Counted from the first letter of the stretch, positions 25,755 through 41,720 are shown. The stretch is DNA of 64,000 bases from Octopus vulgaris (GCA_951406725.2 OX597822.1:113150001-113214000); one strand, 5' to 3'. The notes: generated from the letters alone by a model not told the origin. Program-made: numbers and translations.

Positions 25755-26308
25755 TTTTTACAATTACTTTTTACATATCAATTCGGGTGTGTATGTGTGT
25801 GTTTGTGTGTATACATATACATTCATATCCATATATACATATAGATAGATATATATGTATATGTATATAAACACACACACAAACACACACACGCACACAC
25901 CTACATACATCATATATATATATATATAAATATATATATATGCACACATACACATACATAGTAACACGCACGCGCACTACACAGGAAGTCCCTTTAGGAT
26001 TGAAATACATATAATTGTTGTTTGTTTGTCTGGTTTCGTTTTTTTGTTTTTCCTGTCAGATTTTTGTTTAAAAACCCGCTTTTTCTATATTGCATTTTGA
26101 TATGAATATCTTTTAAAATAATAATAACAATAAGAAATAGTGGCTGTATGGTAAAATACTAACAAGCAAAACCTTGATTCCAAACTACAGGGTTCCGGGT
26201 TCAGCCCTGCTGCGTGGAAATTTGGGCATGTGTGTTCTACTGTAGCCTCGGACCGACGAAAGCCTTTTGAGTGGACTTGAATGAGGCAAGCTAATGTACG
26301 TATGTGTT

Positions 26309-26372
<64 letters not shown>

Positions 26373-26379
26373 TAGATAT

Positions 26380-26420
<41 letters not shown>

Positions 26421-26497
26421 CATACATATATATACATATTTTGATTTTGATTTTTCCAGTTTCAGCTAATGAGCTGTGGCCATGCTGGGGCACCGCC

Positions 26498-26553
<56 letters not shown>

Positions 26554-27296
26554 TTATTTATTTATACACAGAAACATACATTCACATAAATATATATGGC
26601 TGTGTGTATATTTATGCACATATATATATATATGCATTTATGTAAGTATTTGTGTACATATGTTTATATATGTGTCTGTTCACGTATATGTGTGTATGTA
26701 TGTATGTTATGTATGTATGTATGTGTATATGTATGTATGTGTGTGTATATGTATGTATATATATGTATATATATGTGATGTATCTAGTTCGAATTTATAA
26801 ACATACTAGATGTGATAACAAATATGATATTGAAAATAGTTTCAGTGTAGTTTCCTGCAGGGTTCAGTAAAAATTCTAGGAATTTAGCAAATATATTATT
26901 TATTGTACGTTGATCGATTAGCCTGATGGAGAATGGAGCCTACTAAAATGTCGAAGAGTTACGAATCAACTAAGCAGTCTCGAGTAAAATGAAAGTAAGA
27001 AAGGAGACAAAGTAACGTGGAAAAAAAAAGATAAAAAACGTTTCTTTAAAAACATTTGAAATGATTTATTAGTTTTGACAGACATTTACCTGATAGTAAA
27101 GTTATCTAAATTATTAAAAAAATGGAGAATCAGCATTTTCGCTCTGGTTCCCACCTGGAGTTCTTTTCAGGCTGATTAGCTTTGATTCAAAGTTCCTCTA
27201 AAAGTAAATATAATGGAAAAATGTAATAAAAACAAAAGAGAGCAGGTATCTTTATGAAAACAAGTCACGTTTCTTTCTTTTCATTCTTCCTTTCGG

Positions 27297-27394
<98 letters not shown>

Positions 27395-27544
27395 CGGCTG
27401 TCTGCCTGTCTGTCTGATTGCATGTCTGCCTGTCTGTCAGTCGGTCTGATTGTCTGTCTGTCTTATGCATTTATCTATCCCATTGCCTACTGGCTTCTCC
27501 CTTGTTTTTCCTTACTCCCTCTTACTCTCTCCCTCATTCACTTT

Positions 27545-27594
<50 letters not shown>

Positions 27595-27708
27595 TGTGCG
27601 TGTGTGTGTGTGTGTGTATAAATGTGTTTGTGATGCTATGTGTGTGTACTGTGTACGCACTCCTGTGAGTATATGTAAGAGAGAAAGAGAAATACACACG
27701 TGTGTCTC

Positions 27709-27747
<39 letters not shown>

Positions 27748-28234
27748 GTGTATATAGAAATATATATATATACGTATATATTGTACATGTATATATACAT
27801 ACATACACACACAGACATATATATATATATACAAACATACATAAATGTATAATAGATAAATATGCATACATACATATATATATATGTGCATTTATATATA
27901 TGCATATATATATATATATAAATATGTATACACACACACACAGCTATCGTCTGCTCACAATTCGTAAAATAATACTTCGGTTACTTCCGGTTATTCTCGA
28001 TTTTAATCGGTGTTTGTCAAATACTTGTGTGTATGTGTGTGAGTGAGAGAGAGAGAAAGAATAACACATACAGATGTATATATATATATATATATACACA
28101 CATATATATATATATATATATATACACAAAGATATATATGTACAAACACATAAATGTTTAATAGATATGTGTATATATATATCTATATATATATATATAT
28201 CGAAGTATATGTATGTGTGCGTACACAAACACAT

Positions 28235-28294
<60 letters not shown>

Positions 28295-28421
28295 CTAAAT
28301 ATGACATATTTAGTATTTAGCAACAATTCTAGTTTTCATTTTGTTGTCTAATATATATATATATATATATACTAAATGTTTTACGTTCAGTCCCGGTTTG
28401 TATTTTTCTACTATATATATA

Positions 28422-28471
<50 letters not shown>

Positions 28472-28835
28472 CACACTCACACACACACGCACACACACAC
28501 AAACACACACACACACACAACGGCCATTGCCCGGGTTCAAGGATGAGTGGTACCATGATTTTGCTAATTGTCGTAGGCGCCAATATAGTCGTAGAGACAC
28601 ACTCTTTAGGCCCACTCAGCCTTGATCCACAAAATCTTCAGGGTATGATAGGTGGAAGGGAGAAAAGAATACAACAGAAATAAGCCGGAGGCCGTTTGTG
28701 GACTAAGTTGACTGGAGCAATGTGAAGAGGAGTGCCTCCCTTGAGGACACAATACGGCGCCTGGCTCACGAACGAAAGCCATGACCTCATTACTGTGCCT
28801 CCAAATATATGCATATATATATATATATATTTACG

Positions 28836-28912
<77 letters not shown>

Positions 28913-29135
28913 TATACATATATATATATATATACACACACACCTATATAAGTATGTGTGTGTGTGTGTATAATTCTTTTATTTGTTTCAGACATTTCAC
29001 CGCAGCTATGCTTGAACGCTACCTTGAAGGATTGTTCTATAAGCCTTGTACTTATTCTATCAGTCTCTTTGCCAGTCCTGTTAATGTTACGGTAATTAGC
29101 ACCGGTGATCAATTTGTAATGGGGGAACAAATAAA

Positions 29136-29182
<47 letters not shown>

Positions 29183-29366
29183 CGATACATGCATAAATAT
29201 ATATATATAAAAACAGGGTTCTTTCAGTTTCCGTCTACCAAATTCACACACAAGGCTTTGGTCGGCCCGTGGATTTATTAGAAGACACTTGCTCGCAGAC
29301 CGACTGAATCCGGAACAATGTGGTTGGGAAGTAAACTTCTTACCACACAGATATGTATATATATAT

Positions 29367-29564
29367 GTGACCTCGTGTGTACCGTTGGCGATTTTTTTTC
29401 CTCTGTCTTCCCTTCTCTGGATCTTTCCTTCTCCTATGTTTCTGACGAAGGGCTCCGCTCGAAACATTAACCCTCCTTCTTTCCTTCTTTCCTGAGCGTT
29501 CAATAATACTATATTTGTTCCTCGTCCTCGCGTTGTTGTGTTTTTTGTGCTTTCTTGTTTGGAT

Positions 29565-29570
<6 letters not shown>
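29367..29570 (+). mobile_element. Short hammerhead-bearing repeat, family 5 (motif at 29439-29470)
   Basis: TT-CTGACGA-A-GGGC-TCC-GCTC-GAAAC-ATT-AA; position 16.2 is mutated. Flanked by (TA)n. Confidence 0.8.
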
Positions 29571-29628
<58 letters not shown>

Positions 29629-29865
29629 TATACGATGTGCTTCTTTCAGTTTCCCTCTACCAAATCCGCTCACAAGGCTCTGGTCGGCCCGAGGCTATAG
29701 TAGAAGACACTTGCTCAAGGTTACACGCAGTGGGACTGAACCCAGACCCATGTGGTTGAGAAGCAAGCTTCCTACCGCACAGCAACGTAGCACACATACG
29801 TTCATGAATACATACAGACGTGTATGTATGTATGCGTGTATGTATCTATATATACATATAAATAT

Positions 29866-29954
<89 letters not shown>

Positions 29955-29957
<3 letters not shown>

Positions 29958-30112
29958 GTAAATCCAAACAAGAAAGCACAAAAAAACAACAACGCGAGGA
30001 CGTGGAACAAATATAGTATTATTGGATGCTTAGGAAGGAAGGGAAGAAGGAGGGTTTAACGTTTCGAGCGGAGCACTTCGTCGGAAACATAGGGGAAGGA
30101 AAGATCCAGAGA
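29955..30112 (-). mobile_element. Family 5 repeat (motif at 30055-30087, core mutated to CCGACGA)
   Basis: Reverse complement of 29367-29570; forms a convergent inverted pair with it. Confidence 0.8.
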
Positions 30113-30132
30113 TGGGAAACATCGTACACAGC

Positions 30133-30223
<91 letters not shown>

Positions 30224-30243
30224 TAATACATATATATAAATAT

Positions 30244-30283
<40 letters not shown>

Positions 30284-30549
30284 GTATATATATTAATACA
30301 TACATATACATATACATATACAGATACGTATATTAATAATATATATATATATAAAGTGTGTTATGGGCATTTATGGAACATGCTTCCTATAAATGTTCAT
30401 AACACACTTTATACTTGTAACATTTTCATATTCAAAAAATACTTACAACAGTAAGCTACCAATGTAATGTGAAGAAACTTTATTAGGAATCAACCTTTAC
30501 AACCCACGGAAGTAAAGGATGATATATACCTCTACCTCTTCTCACATAT

Positions 30550-30614
<65 letters not shown>

Positions 30615-30629
30615 ATATTAATACATAAA

Positions 30630-30715
<86 letters not shown>

Positions 30716-30817
30716 AGCATATATATGTTTATATGTATACATATATACATATGTATACACACATTCACACTTTTATACCTGCATAAACAATTATGTATTG
30801 ATATGTATATGTATATT

Positions 30818-30849
<32 letters not shown>

Positions 30850-31602
30850 CGTATGCATGTATGTGTTTGTAAATATATTAATATTATATATATATTTGTT
30901 ATATTGTTTTTAAATGAATCTGAAATTTGACGATTGCTACTCTGACTTTCACCTTTCGGGTATGACGAAACACGATATAACGCTCTTTGTATTCACTACG
31001 TCTTTGCTCTACTGGTATACATCAATATGCACCCAACGTGCAACTTTATAAAACATACATACATACCTATAAACACACACACACACACACACACACACAT
31101 CACAGTTATCTTACCCACATCAACTTTAGCAAGCTTCTTATACACTTGGCCCTATATATGTTCACGATTTTACACAATGTTTCATTGGGAACCCCATCCA
31201 ATCTTTCTGATTGCTTTTATTAATTTTTGGGAGAATCTCTATGGAATGACAAGCATTCATTGCTGTAATTTACTGATGCAAACCTGTCTAAAGAGCTAAT
31301 ACGACATACTGTTACTCAAGTGAGTGATTACGAAAGAGAGTGTAAGAAAGACAGGCCTCCCACAGTGTTCGCGATTTTACCTTGTCAAGATCTCTAAAAC
31401 TGCAGCTGACAGTAAGGTCTGCTAAAATATGGCGCTTAATAACAAAACCTTATGAGAAACAGTTGGTAAGAGAGTTGTATTTATTTACAACTTGAAATTT
31501 AGTCTCAAATGCGTTTTCCTCCTGGCACTTTGCACTGACACAAACGCAAACTGTAAAACACGTAATGTCATATACAAACACACACAGTTACTTACACATG
31601 TA

Positions 31603-31661
<59 letters not shown>

Positions 31662-32388
31662 GTGTGTACATACATATATACACATATATGTATACATACA
31701 CACACACACACATATATATATGCATAGATATATACATATACATGTATACATACTCGCACGCACAAACACACATATTATATTAGCATGAAAACACTCTGTA
31801 ACTTAGGATGGACAACGGGGAAACAGAATACAAATATAAAAAGCTATGGCAAGAGTCATGCATGATACGTATTGAAATACTAAACAAGAAATAGTTTTAA
31901 AATGCAAAGTCTGTATTAACGCAGTTCTAATTTTGTTCTAAATTTAGTTAAAAGGTTGGATCTTAAATGCCTTACACATCATCAGAATGATCTTTCAAAT
32001 GTTACTTTTATAGAAGGCAGGTGGGGGTCATATTAAGTTTCCCTGCTGGATTATTTATGGTATTTTAGTAGTTTACAGCGGAAAATAATAGTTCACGACG
32101 TTACAGGAGAAGCTTGTCTCTAATATCATATCAGAAGAGTAGCTTAGTTTTAATTATAAAACCGACCAATGAGACCGTGCAATAAAAACAGTTAATTAAG
32201 TAGAAAATATTGTTTTCTCGGCATTTGAACTAGATAAGATGTGGGTTAAGGGACTTTACGTTCGATGTAGAATAGTGAGAAAATATCCGACGTAGTGTCC
32301 GTATTATATGTTAATACAGTAACTCAGTCGGAAAATTACTGGAAACTAACTATATTTTTATTCTTGTGTTGATATTTTTACCCTCCTC

Positions 32389-32442
<54 letters not shown>

Positions 32443-34128
32443 ACATTGGCGAAAGATTTCATGAGGGCTAAGCAGAGGGTGTAAGTCGCATTACTAACAG
32501 TTGGCAGCGTGTTGTCGGGGTAGTGGAGAAGCGAGAGAAGTCTTCTTTCATGCTAATTTAGGGAAAGTTGTGACACTTTACGTATGGATTCTTGGAATAA
32601 CAATGATCTTATATACTCCACTCAAAACTCGTACAAATTTCACTTGACCGAGTAACGGGTATAAGGTGGCATTAAGGTTTTTGGCGGCTTATAGGTCGGG
32701 GAGATGAATAAGGGATTGACTTTGTACGTGTTGTAAAGTGGGCATGCAGATTAAGGGCCTATGTGGTGCGTATATTTGTGTTTATGTGATAACGCATACA
32801 TAAGTGTAACGTAATTTTGACATTACTATAGCCAGTTACATATAAGTGGAAGATTTCAAGTTTTTAAACAGAATCTGAAATGTAAGGCTTTGAGAAATTA
32901 TAATGTGAGACAAATGGAAAATGAATGTTGCAGGTATTGATTTTAGAGATGTAAAGACGTTTATTCCGATGTAATAAATGACGTATGCGCTTGTATATGA
33001 AAAATGGGTTTTTTTTCAGTCAGTTTATAAGAGAAAACAGTATTTATAGCGTGGAGGATTAGATGGAGTAGAAGAAAATATGACAGTAAACAACGAAATG
33101 GGAAACAAGGGTGGGGAAAATTGAAAGAAGAGTACAAGTATACTTGTTTGTTTATGTGTGGGGAGGGAATCAGGGAGAGAGAGAGAGAAAGCGAGAAAGG
33201 GTGTGTGTGTGTGAACATACACGTAATTAAAGACATACATTGAAGTTAATTAATAACATTGGCGGTGTATAATTGATTAGTACACGGTGGCCAATTAATT
33301 ACTGCAAAATTTATTCCCTTTAAATTATTACATTGTTTATATTTTCACTTCCTATTACCAATAACGGAATAACGTTATTGTAGTTATTGTTAGTGTCATT
33401 ACGCCGAAGAGGATCTACACATCACTGTCTTCTGGCTTCACTGCAAAAATATATTTTTAGTATGTTCGCAATTAATTCGTTCATAGATCGATGTTGTTGT
33501 GTTAATAACATATTCTTGTGGAAACAATACTCTAAATTAAGAAATATAGTTTCTGCTCTGATTAAAACCCGAAGCCGGAAAAATAAACAATCTCTTGCAG
33601 GTGACTCGCAATTATTTTTGCTGGTACACTCACTTATTAATTTATTAACAATTATGAGAAGTAAGCTCTACTACAATCGTCAACAAAATCATCTGCAAAC
33701 AGCAACATGTACTTATCTTTAAATGTGAATGTGTCTATATGTTCGCACATACACGTCGGCACATTATCACACACATACTCGTATACACTTATACATACAC
33801 GCGTGTATAGGTATACGTTTATACACGTACAGAATGACCATAGATCTAATTGACCAGTGCTGCCATGGACAAAGATAAAAATATTGGACAAACACGAGTA
33901 GACACTCAACAAAAGTGGTGAACACCCAAAAGTATGAGGGCGCGATGAGCAATACTTAACCACAAAGCGCTGAGATTAGATGTGTATAAGCGTGTGAGCA
34001 CATGTGTATACACACACACAGATAAATATATACGAATATATGGATAAATATGTGTATATTATATACATGTAATACAATTACATGTGTGTATGTATGTATG
34101 TATGTATGTATGTATGTATGTATGTATG

Positions 34129-34159
<31 letters not shown>

Positions 34160-34422
34160 TGAAATTTTTTATATAGTGCAGATATTGTCTGCTGTAGAAC
34201 TCAAAGTTCCGTGAAGGGATATGTTCATTATATGAAGCACTCAAGCGTTGGCAGTCTACCCTGAGGTGCACCCTGGGATGAGTTAACAATCAAGAACAGC
34301 CCATCCCGGGAGCGAAACTCAGACAAGACCTTCAACGTTTGATATACTAAACATACACATAAATTTATCTACATGCTTGTACACACAATATGTGTGTGTG
34401 TATATATATATATGTATATATA

Positions 34423-34498
<76 letters not shown>

Positions 34499-34664
34499 TG
34501 TATGTATATACATGTGTGTATGTGCGTGTGTGCGTAATTAATGCATGCACACACATACAGAGACACACTCATGCAGAGAAACAGACACACAGACACACAC
34601 GCAAAATATATAATATATAATATATATATAATTAATGAATATATATACATATATGTATATATAC

Positions 34665-34709
<45 letters not shown>

Positions 34710-34729
34710 AATATATATGTATGTATATA

Positions 34730-34818
<89 letters not shown>

Positions 34819-35446
34819 TATATATCCTCTTTATGTTTAGTCTGTAATATTGTTATAATGCTTATTTTACTGTTCGAAGATAGTGAGTGCTGTTTGTGTG
34901 TGTGTATGTGTGTGTGTGTGTGTGTGTGTGTAATGTGTAGGTGGCTCTGTATGTATGTGTGCGTGTGTGTGCGTGAGTGCGTGTACTTGTGTGCTACTTC
35001 CACACCTATATCGAAAACAAGTGTATGTGATAATGTAGGTGGTGATAGTAAGCATTTAAAGTAGAAGGGGTGACCTGCACTTCAGCCTAATTCCCGCGAT
35101 GAAGGATATAGCAGACATATAATCGTCCCATATATCACCGCCTTGTAGACAACAGGAAGCTGTGTAGATGTTGGGATCAGACAGATACTGCTGACGGAAG
35201 ACGGAAGATTTGTTGGAAAGCTGACACAGTAACATCAGACGAGTTTACAAGGTTCATTTATGGAAGACTGATGAAAGCTTGTCAACAATTCCTTCCGTTG
35301 CCATAGCTTCACTGGAAGGAACCTTGCCTTGCTGAGCAATAATTTATACAATTTAAACCCGAATTCACAGGATTTCAACACAGGCCCTAACCGTCAATTT
35401 CTGTGCAAATTTCATGCACTACAATGCTTGTATGTCTGTGTGTATG

Positions 35447-35602
<156 letters not shown>

Positions 35603-35703
35603 CAAACATAGACATAGGTATAGATATAAAGAGAGAGAGAGAGAGAGATAAAGAGGTAGACAGATAGACAGATATTTTGTTATATATACATATATATATA
35701 TAT

Positions 35704-35761
<58 letters not shown>

Positions 35762-36352
35762 ATATATATATATATATATACATACATACATACATATATA
35801 CATATACATATGTGTGTGTGTCTAATATCATCTGGGTAATAACCTCATAACGTGCATTTCAAGCCTCCTCTGCTGTTGTCGGCTATCATATGCAATCATA
35901 CAGCAAGTTTATTCCTTTTACCGGATATTGATATGAAACTCCATCAGTGTATACAGGATCTGTCTTGAAGTTTATCAACAAGAAGATGGATTGAAAAGGC
36001 ATCAATCATGAATCACAAGAGTAGTTTCTGTGCAATGCTCACAATAATTTACGTAATAGTATGATATAGAAAACAACTGAAGCCAATATCGCTTGACAAC
36101 CGGTGCTTGTGTGTTTACGTCCCCGTAACGTAGCGGTTCGGCAAAAGAAACCGATATGCTTACAAAGTCCTGGGGTCGATTTGTTCGACTAAAGGCGGTG
36201 GTCCAACATGCCCACAGTCAAATGACAGAAACAAGTCAATGTAGTATGTATATATAAATATATATATATATATGTATATAATATATGAATACATACATAT
36301 ATATATATATAGTTTTCATCCCTTCACTAAATATATATATATATATATATAT

Positions 36353-36562
36353 TCAAAATGTGACCGCGTGTGTACCGTTGGCGATTTTTTCCTCCGTCTT
36401 CCCTTCCTTGGATCTTTCCTTTTCCTATGTTTCTGACGAAGAACTCCGCTCGAAACGTTAAATCCTCCTTCTTTCCTTCTTTCCTGAGCGTCCAATAACA
36501 GTATAATTGTTCCACGTCCTCGTGTTGTTGTGTTTTCTCTTTGTGTTTTCACGTTTGGATTA

Positions 36563-36567
<5 letters not shown>
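36353..36567 (+). mobile_element. Family 5 repeat with hammerhead motif at 36430-36462
   Basis: TTT-CTGACGA-A-GAAC-TCC-GCTC-GAAAC-GTT-AAA (one helix II mismatch); both ends in (TA)n. Confidence 0.85.
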
Positions 36568-36618
<51 letters not shown>

Positions 36619-36628
36619 TACATAGATA

Positions 36629-36693
<65 letters not shown>

Positions 36694-36759
36694 ATGTGTA
36701 TTACATTGTGTGCCAGAAAAATTTTTATATTTGGCTTTTTAAAAAGTGTTTTATATGAC

Positions 36760-36848
<89 letters not shown>

Positions 36849-37209
36849 CAGACAGATGGATCGACAGACATACAGACAGGCAGGCAGATAGATAGATATT
36901 TACATACATACATGCATACATAAATGTGTATATATATATATATATATATATACACGCAAATATATACGTGTGGGTATACATATATGTATTGTTATTAACC
37001 TTGAACGTTGACCATATGTTTACATTTTAAACAAGGGAAATATTCTCATATTTATAGTTATATAAAAGAGAATAACATTGGGAAAAACATTCCAATTTAC
37101 TGCTTTTCTCGTGTCTGTATGTTTGTCACTTTAGCTTTGTTAGAAATGTAAACATATGTGTGTGTTCGAGACCATGTATGTGTGTGGGAGCATGTATATA
37201 TGTGTGTGT

Positions 37210-37538
<329 letters not shown>

Positions 37539-37962
37539 GCATAGTCCTATGAACCCAGAAATCGAAAACAGAGAGTTGCTTATTTGCAAAAAAAAAAAAA
37601 AAAAAAGAAATATAAAATGTGACTTCATTGACCGAGGTTACCGTGGTCTTTTCCGTAGGCTTTTCTTTCCACGGGTAAACCTCACCTGTCCTCCCCTTTA
37701 CACTTCATATTGACATTTTTGTGATAACGATCCCTATTGATCAATTTTTTTTTTTTTTTTTTTTTCTTCCTCTCCCCCTTTTTTTAACCCCCCTTTTTTT
37801 TGTCCTCCTTCTCTCCTTTTACGATCCCTTTTGATCGAAACTCCCCCCTTACTTTTTTTTTTTTTTTTTTTTTTTTTAAAAATTAAAAAAAAAAGCTCTA
37901 CCTTGTAATTTGTTCTATCTGTGTGCAGCCCTGTGTGGCTAATAAATAAACATATCTATCTA

Positions 37963-38000
<38 letters not shown>

Positions 38001-38581
38001 GATAGATAGATACATACATACATACATACATAGAGATATAGATATATGTATATATTATATATAGATACATAGGGACATATATACATACATACATACATAC
38101 ATTTATACACATGTACACATATATATGTATATGTGTATATTTGCATGTGTGTGAATATAGACATATCTGTGCATATATGTGTGCATGTGCATACTATATA
38201 CGCGCTAGGGGCCTTTATACATAAATTGTTGAATTTATATATGCATGCTTTTGTCTGTGTGTGTGCGTGTGTGTGTGTGTGTGTTTGTATGTACATAGTA
38301 AAGCACATACATAATTACATATAAACACATATATATGCAAGCATGTACAAGCAGATGTTTTATTGTTTAGGATTAGAAACCCTGATGGAACCCCAAAAAA
38401 TAAACCACTCTACTGGTGGTCAAACTGCGGAAGGGTGGTCATGGTTAGAGGTATATAAAATTTTATTTTATTCCTTTCTTTTAAGCTGGTATATTAGAAA
38501 ATGCCATGATGACTATCCAATCATTGTGATATTATAAAAAATATATTTATTCAATGTATCTATATCCTGTGACATATATAT

Positions 38582-38697
38582 ATACAAAATTTAGAGGACT
38601 GACCACTAAAAGTGGAAAGCCTATATGCTAGATATTGACGTCTATATCTAGCATATAGGCTTTCCACTTTTAGTGGTCAGTCCTCTAAATTTTGTAT
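38582..38697. repeat. 116-bp spacerless palindrome
   Basis: Centred on GACGTC (38637-38642); the only mismatch seen is T/T at 38636/38643. Confidence 0.95.
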
Positions 38698-38787
38698 GTA
38701 AAAAAATTTTAAATCTTCGGATTTTTTAAAATATGCTAGGCCACTGTATTTAATTGATTAATATCAATTTCTACCCTTAGTTAATTA

Positions 38788-38931
<144 letters not shown>

Positions 38932-38996
38932 GAGAGAGAGGGTGGGAGTTAGATAGATAGACAGACAGATAGATAAATATGTTTATATGTTTATGC

Positions 38997-39027
<31 letters not shown>

Positions 39028-39057
39028 AATATATATATATATAAATATATATATATA

Positions 39058-39149
39058 ATAATAATATTAGGGAATAAATCCAAACTTACAGGGAAAAATT
39101 AGATTTAGGATTAAATCCAATTTTATAGTATAAGTATATTATATTATAT

Positions 39150-39150
<1 letters not shown>
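39058..39150 (-). mobile_element. Terminal fragment of the family 1 Penelope-like repeat
   Basis: Near-identical to ~297-390; embedded in (TA)n. Confidence 0.8.
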
Positions 39151-39205
<55 letters not shown>

Positions 39206-39510
39206 ATATACACACACATGTGTATGTATGTACTATAAATTAATATTCTTATTAATTTTTGTATTTAAATTTACGTCGATACGTTCATTAATAAACGTTC
39301 CGCTGTATAAATAAAGGATTTTTCTAATTTTGAGCTTACTGTATATACATAATCTACAGGGTTATATACGCACACATACATATTTCGTGTGTGTGTGTGT
39401 GTGTGTGAGTGAATGCGTGTGTGTGCATACTCGCGCGTGTTTGCGTGTGTGTACATATTTATACTTACACATGTATATGTATGCACACGTAATATATATA
39501 TTTGTATGTA

Positions 39511-39546
<36 letters not shown>

Positions 39547-39582
39547 TCTGTCTTATAGCACTTATTAAGCATAACTATGGCC

Positions 39583-39633
<51 letters not shown>

Positions 39634-39966
39634 GCATACATTCATACATACATGCATATATAAATGTATGTATGTGTGTATGTAGGCATGTATGCAAGTA
39701 AATATACACACACACACACATTTATACTCTTACTATCACAGCACTTCCTTTCGCTTTTTAGATTTACTTCCTAAAATTACATTTAATATAGGAAGTAGAG
39801 AAATAAAACCAACGAATATACATCAAAAATACCTAAAATATATAACGCTATATTCAAGTCCTTGTGCAGGTTATATAACTTCAAAATTACGCAGGAATAT
39901 TCAGACAGATCGACAGACAGAAAGCTAGTGAGAGATGTCTAAATATATGTCTGTATGTAGGAATAA

Positions 39967-40279
39967 GGGGAGGCGCAATGGCTCAGTGGTTAGGGCAGCG
40001 GACTCGCGGTTGTAGGATCGCGGTTTCGATTCCCAGACCGGGCGTTGTGAGTGTTTATTGAGCGAAAACACCTAAAGCTCCACGAGGCTCCGGCAGGGGG
40101 TGGAGTGGCGATCCCTGCTGTACTCTTTCGCCGCAACTTGCTCTCACTCTTTCTTCTGTTGGTCTGTTCGCTCAGCCAGTGGGGTGGCGTCATTCGAAGG
40201 CTAAAACAATGCAAAGCGCATTGTGACCAGCGATGTGTAGCAACATCTGATAGCCTGGTCGTTCACGGTGATCACGGTG
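39967..40279 (+). mobile_element. SINE family A (common tail)
   Basis: 12-bp TSD ATGTAGGAATAA (39955-39966 and 40280-40291). Confidence 0.9.
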
Positions 40280-40312
40280 ATGTAGGAATAAACATTCTTT
40301 CATCCATACACA

Positions 40313-40541
40313 ATGTATGTATGTATGTATGTATGTATGTATGTACGCATGTATGTATGTATGTATGTATGTATGTATGTATGCATGTATGTGTGTGTGT
40401 GTGTGTATGTGTGTATGTATGTATGTGTGTGTGTATGTATGTATGCATGTATGTGTGTGTGTGTATGTATGTGTGTATGTATGTATGTATGTATGTATGT
40501 ATGTACGCATGTATGTATGTATGTATGTATGTATGTATGTA

Positions 40542-40576
<35 letters not shown>

Positions 40577-40641
40577 TTGTATGTGTGTATGTTTGTATGT
40601 GTGTATGTTTGTATGTGTGTGTGTATGTATGTATGTATGTA

Positions 40642-40678
<37 letters not shown>

Positions 40679-40681
40679 ATG
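40313..40681. repeat. Compound (TATG)n/(TG)n microsatellite
   Basis: Direct reading; source of the longest spurious ORFs. Confidence 0.95.
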
Positions 40682-40986
40682 TTCAAATGCATCCTTTAAG
40701 TTTAGCACTTGTTGGGTATGTCTCTTCAAAGCACGTGACAGTAATCCACGGTTTCGGTTCATTTGAGTCTAAATAGTGAATAACAGAATTGGAATTTCGG
40801 CAGCATGTGCATGGTAAGAATTAAAAGAGAGTTAAGATCAGTCTTCGACTCGCTGCTTTGTTTCGCCTGTATTATCACATCTGGTCATTTCCGGGGTCTT
40901 CAGCAGGCAAATACTCAGGAGACGACTTGATCGCTCGGACCTGATAAATAACGACCTGCATGTTTTGTGCATAATACTCGCGCACG

Positions 40987-41027
<41 letters not shown>

Positions 41028-41200
41028 AGAATACACACACACACACAAACACACACGCACATTGTCGTATACGCACGTGTTCCCCAAGACACTCAAACAC
41101 AAACATACACATGTGTATTTATGCGTGTGCCGACGCATGTATGTGTCAGTGTATATATGTATGTGTCTCTGCTTGTGTGTCTGCGTGTGCCTCTATGTGT

Positions 41201-41234
<34 letters not shown>

Positions 41235-41675
41235 GCATTTAAATATAATCAATTTATATTCAATGACAACATAAAATGAAGAAAGTAAATGGAAAAAAAT
41301 TGAGAAAATTCTTTCTAACTTTATAGAGAATGTATAGAAGCGTATCATGTTCGAACACTTCTTAGACTAACGTGTCATAACCTGTTCCACAAGATTAACA
41401 AATATCGATATTAAACCAGTCAATGATGCTTTATTCTTAAGTTATATCATCTGCGCACATCAAGAATATTTACTCCTACATAGATACAGTTACAAACATA
41501 CATATTCAAACAGCAGCCGAAATTGCGAGGATAATCTGGTTCTTGACTGAAGATAGAATACTTTAGATGACCCGTCCTTGTTTTCATTGTATCAGCTATC
41601 TGGATGTTTTGTTGTCCCTTTTTGTATCACCTAGTTGTCCGGATGTTTTGCATTCTTGTCCCATTTTGTATTTTG

Positions 41676-41720
<45 letters not shown>

